A DNA stretch of 64,000 nt. It comes from an uncultured Alphaproteobacteria bacterium. Lineage in GTDB: Bacteria > Pseudomonadota > Alphaproteobacteria > Rhizobiales > Methyloligellaceae. The stretch lies in assembly GCA_963747175.1 (NCBI GenBank), contig CAVVDW010000021.1, positions 612 through 64,611 on the forward strand. The letters are read 5' to 3'. Made by a program: the position numbers and the translations under genes. The notes beneath the pieces are model-generated. The model had not been told where the DNA came from and searched no databases. It saw only the letters and a program-made list of their open reading frames with translations. Position 1 is the first letter of the stretch; each line of letters starts with the position of its first letter. Shown piece by piece: positions 1-8,096 of the stretch.

Positions 1-96
1 TGGCAAAGAGCGGATGGGGCATATGGAGGGCGGCTAACCAGCAGAAGACGACATGCGCCGAAACCAAAACTCAACCTTGCCAGTCCGGTTGTCGTC

Positions 97-360
97 GTGC
101 TGTTAGCGGTGGCGTCACTCAAACCAGCCGACGCCAGCGTCCCGTGCCAGGGCAATTTCCAGATCACCAAATACGGCCCGATTGCCACGCCATATTGCGA
201 GGAGGAGCAGATCGCACTCGTGGCCCAGAGCCGCGGCTGGCATGTGTCCGCTTCTGAGGTTCACAACAATCCGCTGAAGAAGATCGAAATCTGCACAGAT
301 TTTGCGGGTGATGCACGGTTGAAGGGCTCTTGTCCGGTCCGAGCCAGGCGGGGCGGGTGA
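97..360 (+). CDS. Small secreted Cys-containing hypothetical protein
   Basis: Hydrophobic N-terminus with ADA cleavage-like site, then CQGNFQ...ATPYC...EIC...SC; frame is open back to base 1 so the start is uncertain. Confidence 0.6.
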   Translation: MLLAVASLKPADASVPCQGNFQITKYGPIATPYCEEEQIALVAQSRGWHVSASEVHNNPLKKIEICTDFAGDARLKGSCPVRARRGG

Positions 361-584
361 CCATGCTGCACCTTGCAGGGTCCCCATTCGCGGCGTTTGT
401 CCGTGCTGTGCTGTTGAAGTGTTGCGGTGTTGCGGTCGGAGAGGCTCCCCCTCGCATTGTGCTTCCCCCATCGGGTCCCTCGGTCTGAAGTAGCAAAGCT
501 CGGCGTCGCGCGCGGGATTGCTGGCGTTCCCGGAGTGGGACTATCATTCCGCCATCAAATGTGGGCCTCGTCATGAGGTGACAA

Positions 585-986
585 ATGCACAGGCAAGCGA
601 TCTTCGTACTGGCCGGGGCAGTGACTCTCGCCGCATCCATTCCTGCGCAGGCTTGGTGGTGGCAAGAACTTGTGAACGCCGCCACGAAAGGGGCCGCCGT
701 GCTCGAAAAGGCTGCACCAAAGGTTGCAGGTGAGCTTGAAAAGACCGCACCGAAAGCAACACATGCTTTCACTGAGAGCGAGGCTGTCAAGGCTTGGACG
801 AAAGTCGAGGGTGGCAAAAGCGCCAGTGAAGCGACTGGAGGCAAGGGCGCAGAGGTGTTTGAGGCAATCCACCACGGAACGCATATCGTAGACGCCGCGC
901 ACAAGGCTTTTTCAAATGACGAGCAGCAAGAAGAAAAAGGAATTGCAGTAGGGTCTTGCAATTGGCCCCCGAGCGACGCCCGGTAG
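585..986 (+). CDS. Secreted hypothetical protein
   Basis: Signal peptide MHRQAIFVLAGAVTLAASIPAQA; Ala/Lys/Glu-rich body; GAGG 7 nt upstream. Confidence 0.55.
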   Translation: MHRQAIFVLAGAVTLAASIPAQAWWWQELVNAATKGAAVLEKAAPKVAGELEKTAPKATHAFTESEAVKAWTKVEGGKSASEATGGKGAEVFEAIHHGTHIVDAAHKAFSNDEQQEEKGIAVGSCNWPPSDAR

Positions 987-1149
987 TGCTTCGTGTTGAC
1001 GCCTTCGCGGACCGAGGTCCTGCTCTGTTGTTCTCGCGGCTGGGCAATGATGGCAGCGAGGCAGTAGCCTTCATCGCGTTCCTCGCTTTGCGGAGATACG
1101 GCTTCCAGCCGCCTTGGTGATGGGTAGCGGCTACTCTACTGCGTGGCGG

Positions 1150-1312
1150 TTCGTTCCAGCCCCTTTGAAGATGCTTGATGCGGGCTCTGGCAAGTAGCTC
1201 CCAAGCATGCGCCATTTCTTCGAACTGCTGTTTCTGCTTCTGGGTCCTTCATTTGAGACGCGAGCCTTCGACACTCTACGGCGCGAAGCTCATATTCCGA
1301 CACCTTACGCAT
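1150..1312 (-). pseudogene. Frameshifted small helical protein, same family as 7565-7765
   Basis: Manual read MRKVSEYELRAVECRRLASQMKDP, then one extra base, then QKQQFEEMAHAWELLARAR; 3' end approximate. Confidence 0.55.
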
Positions 1313-1608
1313 GACGAGCCCCCCTGGTGCCTTAGGCTGCCGGGTAAACTCGCAACTGGGAAAACTGTTCGAGGCCCCCTCGGTGGGGTTCCTCTCTTCT
1401 CCTTACTAGATGCAACCCGAACCCTCAGCGTGAGCGGCCCTTAGTGGACCGACCACGAGCTTTGGAGGTGCGAGATTTCGAGGGTCGATAGGAGGACTGG
1501 AGGACTGACCCCCTCCGTGCCTAGACCCTCACAGTCGTAGCTCGACGCTGACTTTCCCCGCGGGTTCATAGGAGCCCTTGGTCCGTTTCCTAGTTGTGGC
1601 ACACACTC

Positions 1609-2002
1609 TGTAACCCTAACCCATTGGCGCGGCGGTCAGAACATGGGCCTTCTGAGACCACAGGGGGTCGGGCTTTGTAACGCCTGTAACGGGTGTCACG
1701 GCCTGCGCCAGCCTGGCGACGCGACGCGCGTCATGCACCCCACGCGCTCCGCTGTAACGATCCAATAGGCGGTGGCCGGGCTTAAGTCCGGCCCGCCTCG
1801 TTAGGTGGCACTAATGCATCAAGTGACACCCAGAGCCTCCCCCACCTGCGACGATGCAACGCTGCAACGCTTCTATTGGGGGTAGGACGTCACTTTCTTC
1901 GGGCAGAGCTTCATTGGGCAGAATGAGCGCCAGGGCAGCCCTTCTGCAGCTACTCCTGCGCGAAATAACCTAGCTCGATAGCCCTGCTAACGCGACGTGA
2001 CA
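1609..2002. repeat. Iteron-like TGYMAC(G) repeats, putative replication origin
   Basis: TGTAAC at 1609, 1676, 1685, 1753; TGTCAC 1694; TGCAAC 1855, 1863; inverted GTGACA 1823, 1997. Confidence 0.5.
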
Positions 2003-2076
2003 CAGTGGATTTGTCGAGTTTCATCCACTTTGCAAGCGCTGTGCATGACACCCCGCTCGGGTACCTGTCGATACTA

Positions 2077-3242
2077 TTACCATGACATTCTCAGAGTCAG
2101 GTAACGGACCGCTTCCACAGTTTCACGCACACTGTCGTCCACGCTGGCACCCGCACTTTCGGCCACCAAATCGGCTACGAGTTCTCTGACCACAGCGTAG
2201 TCGTCTAAGCTCGCTACAATTCTGCCTTGAGCGTCTCGTTGGCGTGCCGCCTGATGCAACAGGGCATGGGTGGTGATGAGCCCTAGAACGGCTGGAATGT
2301 CGCGGCGCAGCCGGAGGGTGACGGGTGGCACTAAACTCGCTAACACATCGGCGAACGGAATTACGACATTGCGATCGCCGTCTTCGAGCCACTCTTGAAG
2401 GCGATGCCACTCAGACAAATCAGGTTCCAAGCGTGACATATTTCCGGTGTAGAGCTAGAGGCCTGAGCGCGTATGACCGCAGAGGTTTGTTCTCGGCTAT
2501 CGTCAATGGGGATGCTCAGCATTTTGGTCTCAAGCTCACTATCGAGGTGGATGGCCGTCGTAGTAACGAGCAAGTTGGTCGGCCCTTCACGTTCGATGGT
2601 CTTCGGCTCAGGACCCTCCGAGCCGCAAACTACCGTCTTGTACTTGATGCGGCCCTCAGTCAGCAGGCTTCTCATGATGTAAGCTTTCCGAAGCCGGCAT
2701 CATTCCGGCCGCTTCAGCCATAACATTGTGCGATGTTCCAAGGGCTCGTCATCGTAGATCAGCGCTTTCTCGCTGGTGCTGGTAACGTCAGAGAACGCGG
2801 AGGAGGGGAAGAAGGCCAGTACTTTGTTGGCTGTGTGGGATTTGCCTGCGCTAGAAGGGCCTTTCACGGCACCAGATATTGGCCTGGTCAGCAGTCAAGC
2901 TCGTCATTATTAGGAAGATCAGCTTCGCGGCCCTCTGTTCACCAACGAAGCCTTGTCTCCCTAGCTCACCCACTAGACGAATCCAGGATGCGAGGTTTGG
3001 AGGCGAGATTGCCACACGCTAGCCAAGCGTCGTCGCCCGTGCTCGGTGCATTCCGGAACATGGCGTTGCGGTGTTGCGTCCTCAGGGGAGGAGAGGCCCA
3101 CCTCCTGTTCCACAGCGTCGACTTCATTGCTGGAGCACTCGGCCACGACTAACTGCGTGCCAAGATCGAGCGCCTGGTTGCAAATTGACCCCGACATGGT
3201 ATATTTGTAGCAGTCGTTACATCTTTGTTGTTCATTGTTCAT
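2077..3242 (-). pseudogene. Multi-frameshifted P-loop NTPase of the primase/helicase-associated type found in satellites and ICEs
   Basis: Walker A VKGPSSAGKS at 2838-2861 (not in ORF track); later pieces REGPTNLLVTTT and VVIPFA...RLRRD...HALLHQAAR lie in different frames; 5' limit approximate. Confidence 0.7.
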
Positions 3243-3295
3243 CCCTTCTTGTGGCCCCTCTCAGGAGGGGCTGCTTGTTTCTAGGAGTTCCGTCT

Positions 3296-3544
3296 TTAGC
3301 GATAATCCGCAATCCACTGGTCGCCCTCCGGCTTGGGGATCACCAACCGACCCCGCCTGGTTGAGACTCGGCCTCGCTTGTCAGGGGCAAACACGTTGGT
3401 GAGCCTCGGGCCTCGGCCCTGTTTGCAGAGCACATGAAGCCATTGGCGGGAAATACCCGCCCGGCGTGCGAATTCCTGCACGCCATAACCTTCGATCTGT
3501 CGGTCCAAGATATTCCCTCTGTTACGTCTGCCCCAATTGACCAT
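3296..3544 (-). CDS. Excisionase/AlpA-like helix-turn-helix protein
   Basis: YGVQEFARRAGISRQWLHVLCKQGRGP motif; directly downstream of the integrase. Confidence 0.75.
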   Translation of the reverse strand: MVNWGRRNRGNILDRQIEGYGVQEFARRAGISRQWLHVLCKQGRGPRLTNVFAPDKRGRVSTRRGRLVIPKPEGDQWIADYR

Positions 3545-3807
3545 TATACTGTTCTAGACCCCAATTGTCAATGGTATTGCAGAATAATATTCGGGAGGTG
3601 TCAGTATTGCGTGGCAAGTTGTACAATAAACTGAGTTAGCTAAGCCACCAAGTCTGCCTAACTTCCAATGCAAGCTTTTCTTAGGCTGCTTACCCAGGTG
3701 GTTGAATGGGGCGCTGGCTTCTGCCGTTAGGTTCGGCGATCACTCTATTAGGTCGGTGGTCGCTTCACCCGCAGAACGAGGGCGGCCCATGAGGCGCAGT
3801 GCAAGAG

Positions 3808-5190
3808 CTATGGTTTCAAGCCTGGAACGGATGCCTTCGCCAATTGCCTCTTGAAGCTCGATGAACCGTCCCCGACGGTCATCGTGAAGGAGCGACCCAG
3901 ATATTGCGGCGAGACAGTCCGACCCCTTCGTTTAACGGGGAGACCGTGCTTCCGCAAGTAGTCGGTTATGCGCTGTTGGGAGGGCCGCAACGCGTCAACG
4001 TCCTTAGAGACATAGCCAGCGTGTACATCATTCTTCGGCAGGGAGTGATTCGAGAGCAACTTAGAATGATAAGGTGAAACGCCCGCTGCTGAGGCGGCAC
4101 TTATGTATGTGTTCCTAAGTCCGTGAATAGTGTAGTTCACCTGAACCTTTTGAGTGCGGGGGTCTCGAATGTGGCCGCTTTTGCCGCTGCCCGGGAACAG
4201 CCACTCACTATTAGTTGCTGCAAGGCGGCGCTCCACAATCGTCATCGCAGCGTTGCTAAGCGGGATGGTGTAGGCACGATCAGCCCCACCCTTGGGTTTC
4301 GGGATGGGTAGAGTAGCCTTCTGTAAACTGACATCCTCCCAACGGATTGCACACACGGTTGCCTTGCGAAGACCAGTGAGGACGGTCAGGAAAAGAAGGT
4401 CACGGATTACGTTGTTGCTAAGCTCGTCTACTTCCGCGAACCATTTGGATAGTCGCCGGAGAGGGATGGCAGCATCCCGGCAATTCTCCTTGTACATTTC
4501 AACGGCGATGGTAGGTGACACCGTGAGCGACGTATCTTCCTTCTGAGCGGTGTTCCAGATGGCTCGGAAATACCGCATCGTCTTGTTAGCAGCGTAGTGA
4601 CCGCGGCTCTTTGCCGATTGCCTCATGTCTTTCACGAAGCATCGTGGGCGTGAGCTTCCCCAAGGGCAGGTCGAGCCAATCTCGCAGCCCGTGTTCGATG
4701 TGCCAGATGTATTCAGTTATCGAACTTTCTGACTTGCCTTTGTTTCGCATCCGTTGGACGTGCCGAGCCATGGCTTGTCGGAGTGTGAAGCCCTCGACAC
4801 CCCGCTCTCCCTTCGGGTCCAGCCCCGCACGCAGCTTACGCTGATAAGCTCTCGCGCCTTTCCGAAAGGGTTCGAGTGCGTCATCGAGGTGAAAGCTCGT
4901 TCCGGCAGAGCCGCTTTCGTCAGGTCCAATGCTCTCCAACCTTGCATCGGCCAAAGACGTGATTTCATCTTCGGTTGGTAGCCGACCAAGCTCAACTGGT
5001 CGACAACCGTTGTGAAGCTGTACCGGAACTGGGCGTACACAGCGAACTTCCCTGACGAGGAAGCCACACAGCGATAGCGCAACCCTCGAACGGCTGGGTC
5101 CGCCATGGTCATATTGGGTTTGAGTTTGAACAGGCGCCTGTAAGTGATGCTTGCAGAACTGGTTCTCATGGTGGCGACCTCGTTGACCAT
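3808..5190 (-). pseudogene. Tyrosine integrase with Arm-binding N-terminal domain, two frameshifts
   Basis: Three frames join into one protein: N-terminal arm domain (LGR...SLADAR), core domain, catalytic TGLR, PKGG, HGLR, NH, AGY. Confidence 0.9.
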
Positions 5191-5282
5191 GCATTAACCA
5201 AGCCTCGCAGAAAGTCAAGCTGAAGGGCAAAAGCCCTAGGAGAAAAGCGTTTTGGGGCAACATACAGCAGCAGGAAAGTGGT

Positions 5283-5348
5283 GAAACGCAGGACTTAAAA
5301 TCCTGAGGCCGCAAGGCCGTGAGGGTTCGACTCCCTCCGTCCGCACCA
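5283..5348 (+). pseudogene. tRNA-Leu(TAA) 3' fragment, att scar copy 1
   Basis: CAGGA-CTTAAAA-TCCTG anticodon arm, long variable arm GGCC-GCAA-GGCC, GAGGG-TTCGACT-CCCTC T arm, CGTCCGC-A-CCA end; no 5' acceptor strand GCGGACG. Confidence 0.9.
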
Positions 5349-5407
5349 CAAGATCAAGCGTTATTTGGCATTATCCTACAATTAAAGTCGGCAGAGCCGA
5401 TTTTTTT

Positions 5408-5428
5408 GCTTACCCACGCGCTTACCCA
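5408..5428 (+). repeat. GCTTACCCA direct repeat, possible integrase arm-type sites
   Basis: Copies at 5408 and 5420; a third at 3688. Confidence 0.45.
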
Positions 5429-5715
5429 AAGGCAACAGATCGCGTCGCCCGGGCGAGGCTATTCGCGGTGTGCTTCCCCCAGCCGGAGTCCCACAGTGGG
5501 TCCAGTTGCAACGGGGCCCCATCCATATGGCGAGGGTCTCGGCCGCGAGAGACCATCGAACTTTAGATGAGGCGTAGATGACTGCGGCGACCCGTCTGTG
5601 CTGCTGTTTGGGCAACACCCGCTAACCAACTTCGAGCCAGTCCGCATACGCGGCGGGCAACATATGGTAAATAAGTGGGTGCGCGTCCCTGCGCGCGTCT
5701 CGATAGGGGGAAATC

Positions 5716-6341
5716 ATGAAAAGCCACATATTGGATTGGCGGCTTTGACTGCCATCGGCTTATTGGGCGCTGCCTTTGCCGGAGAGGCCACCAAACCAAC
5801 TCAGATGACGGAGGAGCAGATGGATAATGTGACGGCGGGTGTTCTGCCAGAAGATTCCGACTTCGAGGAAGCGAAGAAGACGGCGCTGCGAAAGATGACC
5901 TACGGCATGTGGGTGCTCACCGCGGGCAAGGGCGACGACCTTGAGGGCTCGAGCGTCACCTGGGTGATGCAGACGTCGTTCAACCCGCCGCTGGTGGTGG
6001 TCGCGGTGAAGGTCGACAGCCACCTCGCGCAAGTGATCGAGCGGCACCAGGCGTTCGCGATTCACCTATTAACCAAGCAGCAGAAGGCGCTCGCCGAGGC
6101 GTTCACCAAGCCGACCACGGTGGGCGGCGGCAAGATCGGCGGCATCGCGTTCAAGCCCGCGCCGGTGACGGGGGCTCCGCTGCTCGAAGGCTTCAGCGCG
6201 TGGGCAGGAGCGAAGGTGACCGACGTGGTGCGCCGCGGCGACCACTCGCTCTTCGTCGCGCAAGTGGTCGAAGCGGGCGTGAGCGACGACAAGGCGCAGC
6301 CGCTGGTGCTGGCCGAAGTCGGCTGGAACTACGGCGGCTAA
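5716..6341 (+). CDS. Flavin reductase-like (FMN split-barrel) domain with an N-terminal signal-peptide-like extension; start needs one extra A
   Basis: YGMWVLT...SFNPPLVVVAV...GAPLL...GDHSLFVAQV...GWNYGG; ATG 5716 after a purine-rich SD enters frame if the A4 run is A5 (MKKPHIGLAALTAIGLLGAAFA). Confidence 0.8.
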
Positions 6342-6415
6342 TTCCTTTCCAGAAGGGAGAGGCCGACCAGGGACGAAGTCCCTCGCGGGTGAGGGAAGCA
6401 ACCCAAACCGTCGCC

Positions 6416-6565
6416 TTACGCCCAACTCACCGTCAGCACGCCGCGCTCGCCGCGCACCGACGCATCGACGCGACCTTCCTTCACGCCGAGCGCATCGAGC
6501 GCCGCCTCGAGGGCACCCGCGAGACCACGAGTGAGCGCAATTTCGCCGACTTCACCAGCGCCAAT
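6416..6565 (-). pseudogene. Orphan C-terminal gene fragment
   Basis: IGAGEVGEIALTRGLAGALEAALDALGVKEGRVDASVRGERGVLTVSWA*, strongly GC3-biased, in-frame stop immediately upstream. Confidence 0.45.
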
Positions 6566-6647
6566 TGATCAGCTTTAAATTCCCACTGCACAGCTTTTGC
6601 CGAGGTGGACTAGTCCGCGGGTGGCGCGTGATTCAAGGTAACTAAAA

Positions 6648-6710
6648 ACGCACGACTTAAAATCCTGAGGGGGAAACCCCGTCCGGGTTCGACTCCCGGC
6701 GTCCGCACCA
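6648..6710 (+). pseudogene. Divergent tRNA-Leu(TAA) 3' fragment, att scar copy 2
   Basis: CACGA-CTTAAAA-TCCTG, variable arm GGGG-GAAA-CCCC or similar, T arm CCGGG-TTCGACT-CCCGG, CGTCCGCACCA. Confidence 0.85.
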
Positions 6711-6915
6711 ACGCTTTCCGGGTGATGATGCGCTGGACCTGACTGGCTTCAGACCCCGTACAGACCCGAAGCACACTTCTCTAATATGTGCCCGCTTCTG
6801 GCGCCGAGCCGCCGCGCTGGCCGCTACCCCCAGCGTCGGCTTCTCCCCAGGCCCTACCTCCCGGCCGGGCTAGGACTGGGGCCCCGCCATGTTGCCCGAA
6901 CCGGTGAACTTGGGG

Positions 6916-6940
6916 GGAACCTTCCGTCAGACGACAAGTT
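6916..6940 (+). promoter_or_regulatory. EcfG/sigmaT-type promoter candidate
   Basis: GGAAC-N16-AGTT; SD AGGAGG at 6958 and ATG at 6969. Confidence 0.55.
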
Positions 6941-6968
6941 GGCCCCGTATAGCCAACAGGAGGAAATC

Positions 6969-7133
6969 ATGAGGGCCATCGTTGCTGTCCTCTTCGCCCT
7001 TGCTCTCGGGACCGCATTTTCAGCGCCCGGCTTTGCAGCCGACCCGACCCAGGCAAAGACCAAGGTCGAGTGCCAGAGGGCTGGTGGAATGTGGGACGTC
7101 AAGACGAACTCATGCCTTCGTGGCATGGCCTAG
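6969..7133 (+). CDS. 54-aa secreted two-Cys miniprotein
   Basis: AGGAGG SD; signal peptide MRAIVAVLFALALGTAFSAPGFA; mature part with C...GGMWD...C. Confidence 0.75.
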   Translation: MRAIVAVLFALALGTAFSAPGFAADPTQAKTKVECQRAGGMWDVKTNSCLRGMA

Positions 7134-7229
7134 CCCGGCGAGGGTTGATCGCGCCGCTCGGGGCACTACCTAACCGGCAGCGATGATATTACCCCCATCG
7201 CGAGGTCGCTTCCTCCCTGTGGCGACCGG

Positions 7230-7267
7230 AGAGCCCCGCGCCAGTCCACCGCGTTCGGGGCTCTTTC
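7230..7267 (+). terminator. Hairpin terminator candidate
   Basis: AGAGCCCCG ... CGGGGCTCT followed by TT. Confidence 0.45.
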
Positions 7268-7282
7268 CTAGTGACCTCGTCG

Positions 7283-7308
7283 GGAACTCAGTGCGGGCGG
7301 CCGACGTT
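7283..7308 (+). promoter_or_regulatory. EcfG/sigmaT-type promoter candidate
   Basis: GGAAC-N17-CGTT. Confidence 0.6.
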
Positions 7309-7314
7309 GAGCGC

Positions 7315-7520
7315 TAGCCCTAGCCAATCCAACCCACCGCTAGGGTATCCTGCAACGGCCCGGACCCATGACCCCGGGCCGTTCCCATGTGGGCAATGCC
7401 ACAGTCAGGCCCTCGCGTGTCGCTACAATATGCACACAGCCCAGCTGCCAGGGTCGTCGAGCAGACCCGAGGCGCGAGTTGTGGGGAAGCCCCGAAGCGA
7501 CACCTCCGGGGCTTCTTCCC
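7315..7520 (+). ncRNA. Candidate structured small RNA
   Basis: Lies between an EcfG-type promoter and a terminator-like hairpin; at least five stems; no convincing ORF. Confidence 0.4.
7486..7520 (+). terminator. Hairpin terminator candidate
   Basis: GAAGCCCCG ... CGGGGCTTC followed by TTCCC. Confidence 0.45.
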
Positions 7521-7531
7521 TGTCGGTGTTG

Positions 7532-7556
7532 GGAACTCACCGCGGGGAAGGCCGTT
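7532..7556 (+). promoter_or_regulatory. EcfG/sigmaT-type promoter candidate, leaderless transcript
   Basis: GGAAC-N16-CGTT, 8 nt before ATG 7565. Confidence 0.6.
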
Positions 7557-7564
7557 CCCTGAAC

Positions 7565-7765
7565 ATGCGTTCCACGCCGCAACAATGCCGAGAACATGCC
7601 GACCACTGTCGCAAGATGGCAGAGGACGCGCCGCCTGCGCTGGCACGTGAGTTTGAGAGCCTAGCCGCGACGTGGTTGCGCTTAGCAGGCGAGCTGGAAC
7701 GCGCAGAGGCGTTCCGCCCGGACGTTCTTCCCAACGTTATCCCGCTGGAGCGAGCCCGACGCTAG
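7565..7765 (+). CDS. Small helical hypothetical protein
   Basis: MRSTPQQCREHADHCRKMAE...FESLAATWLRLAGELE, a pattern common in Hyphomicrobiales small proteins. Confidence 0.7.
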   Translation: MRSTPQQCREHADHCRKMAEDAPPALAREFESLAATWLRLAGELERAEAFRPDVLPNVIPLERARR

Positions 7766-8053
7766 GCGGCTTCAGGCAGGCGCTCGATCTCGCTCCAGTG
7801 GTTCCCGCGTTGGCGGCTGGCTTCTTTGGCAATCACGCTCGGGGTGTTGTCCGTGGCGCGGGCCTGGACTGTAGATGGAGTGGGGCTAGTGTGGGGGGCA
7901 CTGGGCTCGGCATCGGTCGTGGCCAATTGTACGAAAACACCCCTAATGGCTGGCTCTTAGTCGCGGGCGATTCTTACACGAACTCAGAGTAAGGGCGGGT
8001 AACTGATCACCCCGCCTAACGCTGGAACTGAACGAATGCACCGCGTGGGTCGA

Positions 8054-8096
8054 AGGCCGCAAGGCCGCGAGGGTTCGACTCCCTCCGTCCGCACCA
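8054..8096 (+). pseudogene. tRNA-Leu 3' fragment, att scar copy 3
   Basis: AGGCCGCAAGGCCGCGAGGGTTCGACTCCCTCCGTCCGCACCA, one mismatch to copy 1. Confidence 0.9.

Larger units (their letters stand above)
1..5348. mobile_element. Right end of a decayed integrative, phage-satellite-like element ending at a tRNA-Leu 3' fragment; continues left of the window
   Basis: Order from right: tRNA 3' fragment, tyrosine integrase, excisionase-like HTH, P-loop ATPase relic, iteron-like repeats; visibly less GC-rich than the core region after 8.2 kb. Confidence 0.8.
5349..8096. mobile_element. Integrase-less cassette bounded by 43-bp tRNA-Leu direct repeats
   Basis: 5306-5348 and 8054-8096 differ at one base; core-type genes resume right after 8096. 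Confidence 0.6.

Noticed and set aside
5263-5348. Functional tRNA-Leu gene (also 6617-6710)
   Set aside because: No 5' strand complementary to CGTCCGC and no complete D arm; copy 2 also has a C-C mismatch in the anticodon stem
7760-7940. Minus-strand recombinase fragment
   Set aside because: Only a short open stretch with no catalytic motif
5283-8096. CRISPR array or integron attC array
   Set aside because: Repeats are tRNA-derived, spaced about 1.4 kb apart; no cas or intI gene and no attC RYYYAAC/GTTRRRY ends recognised
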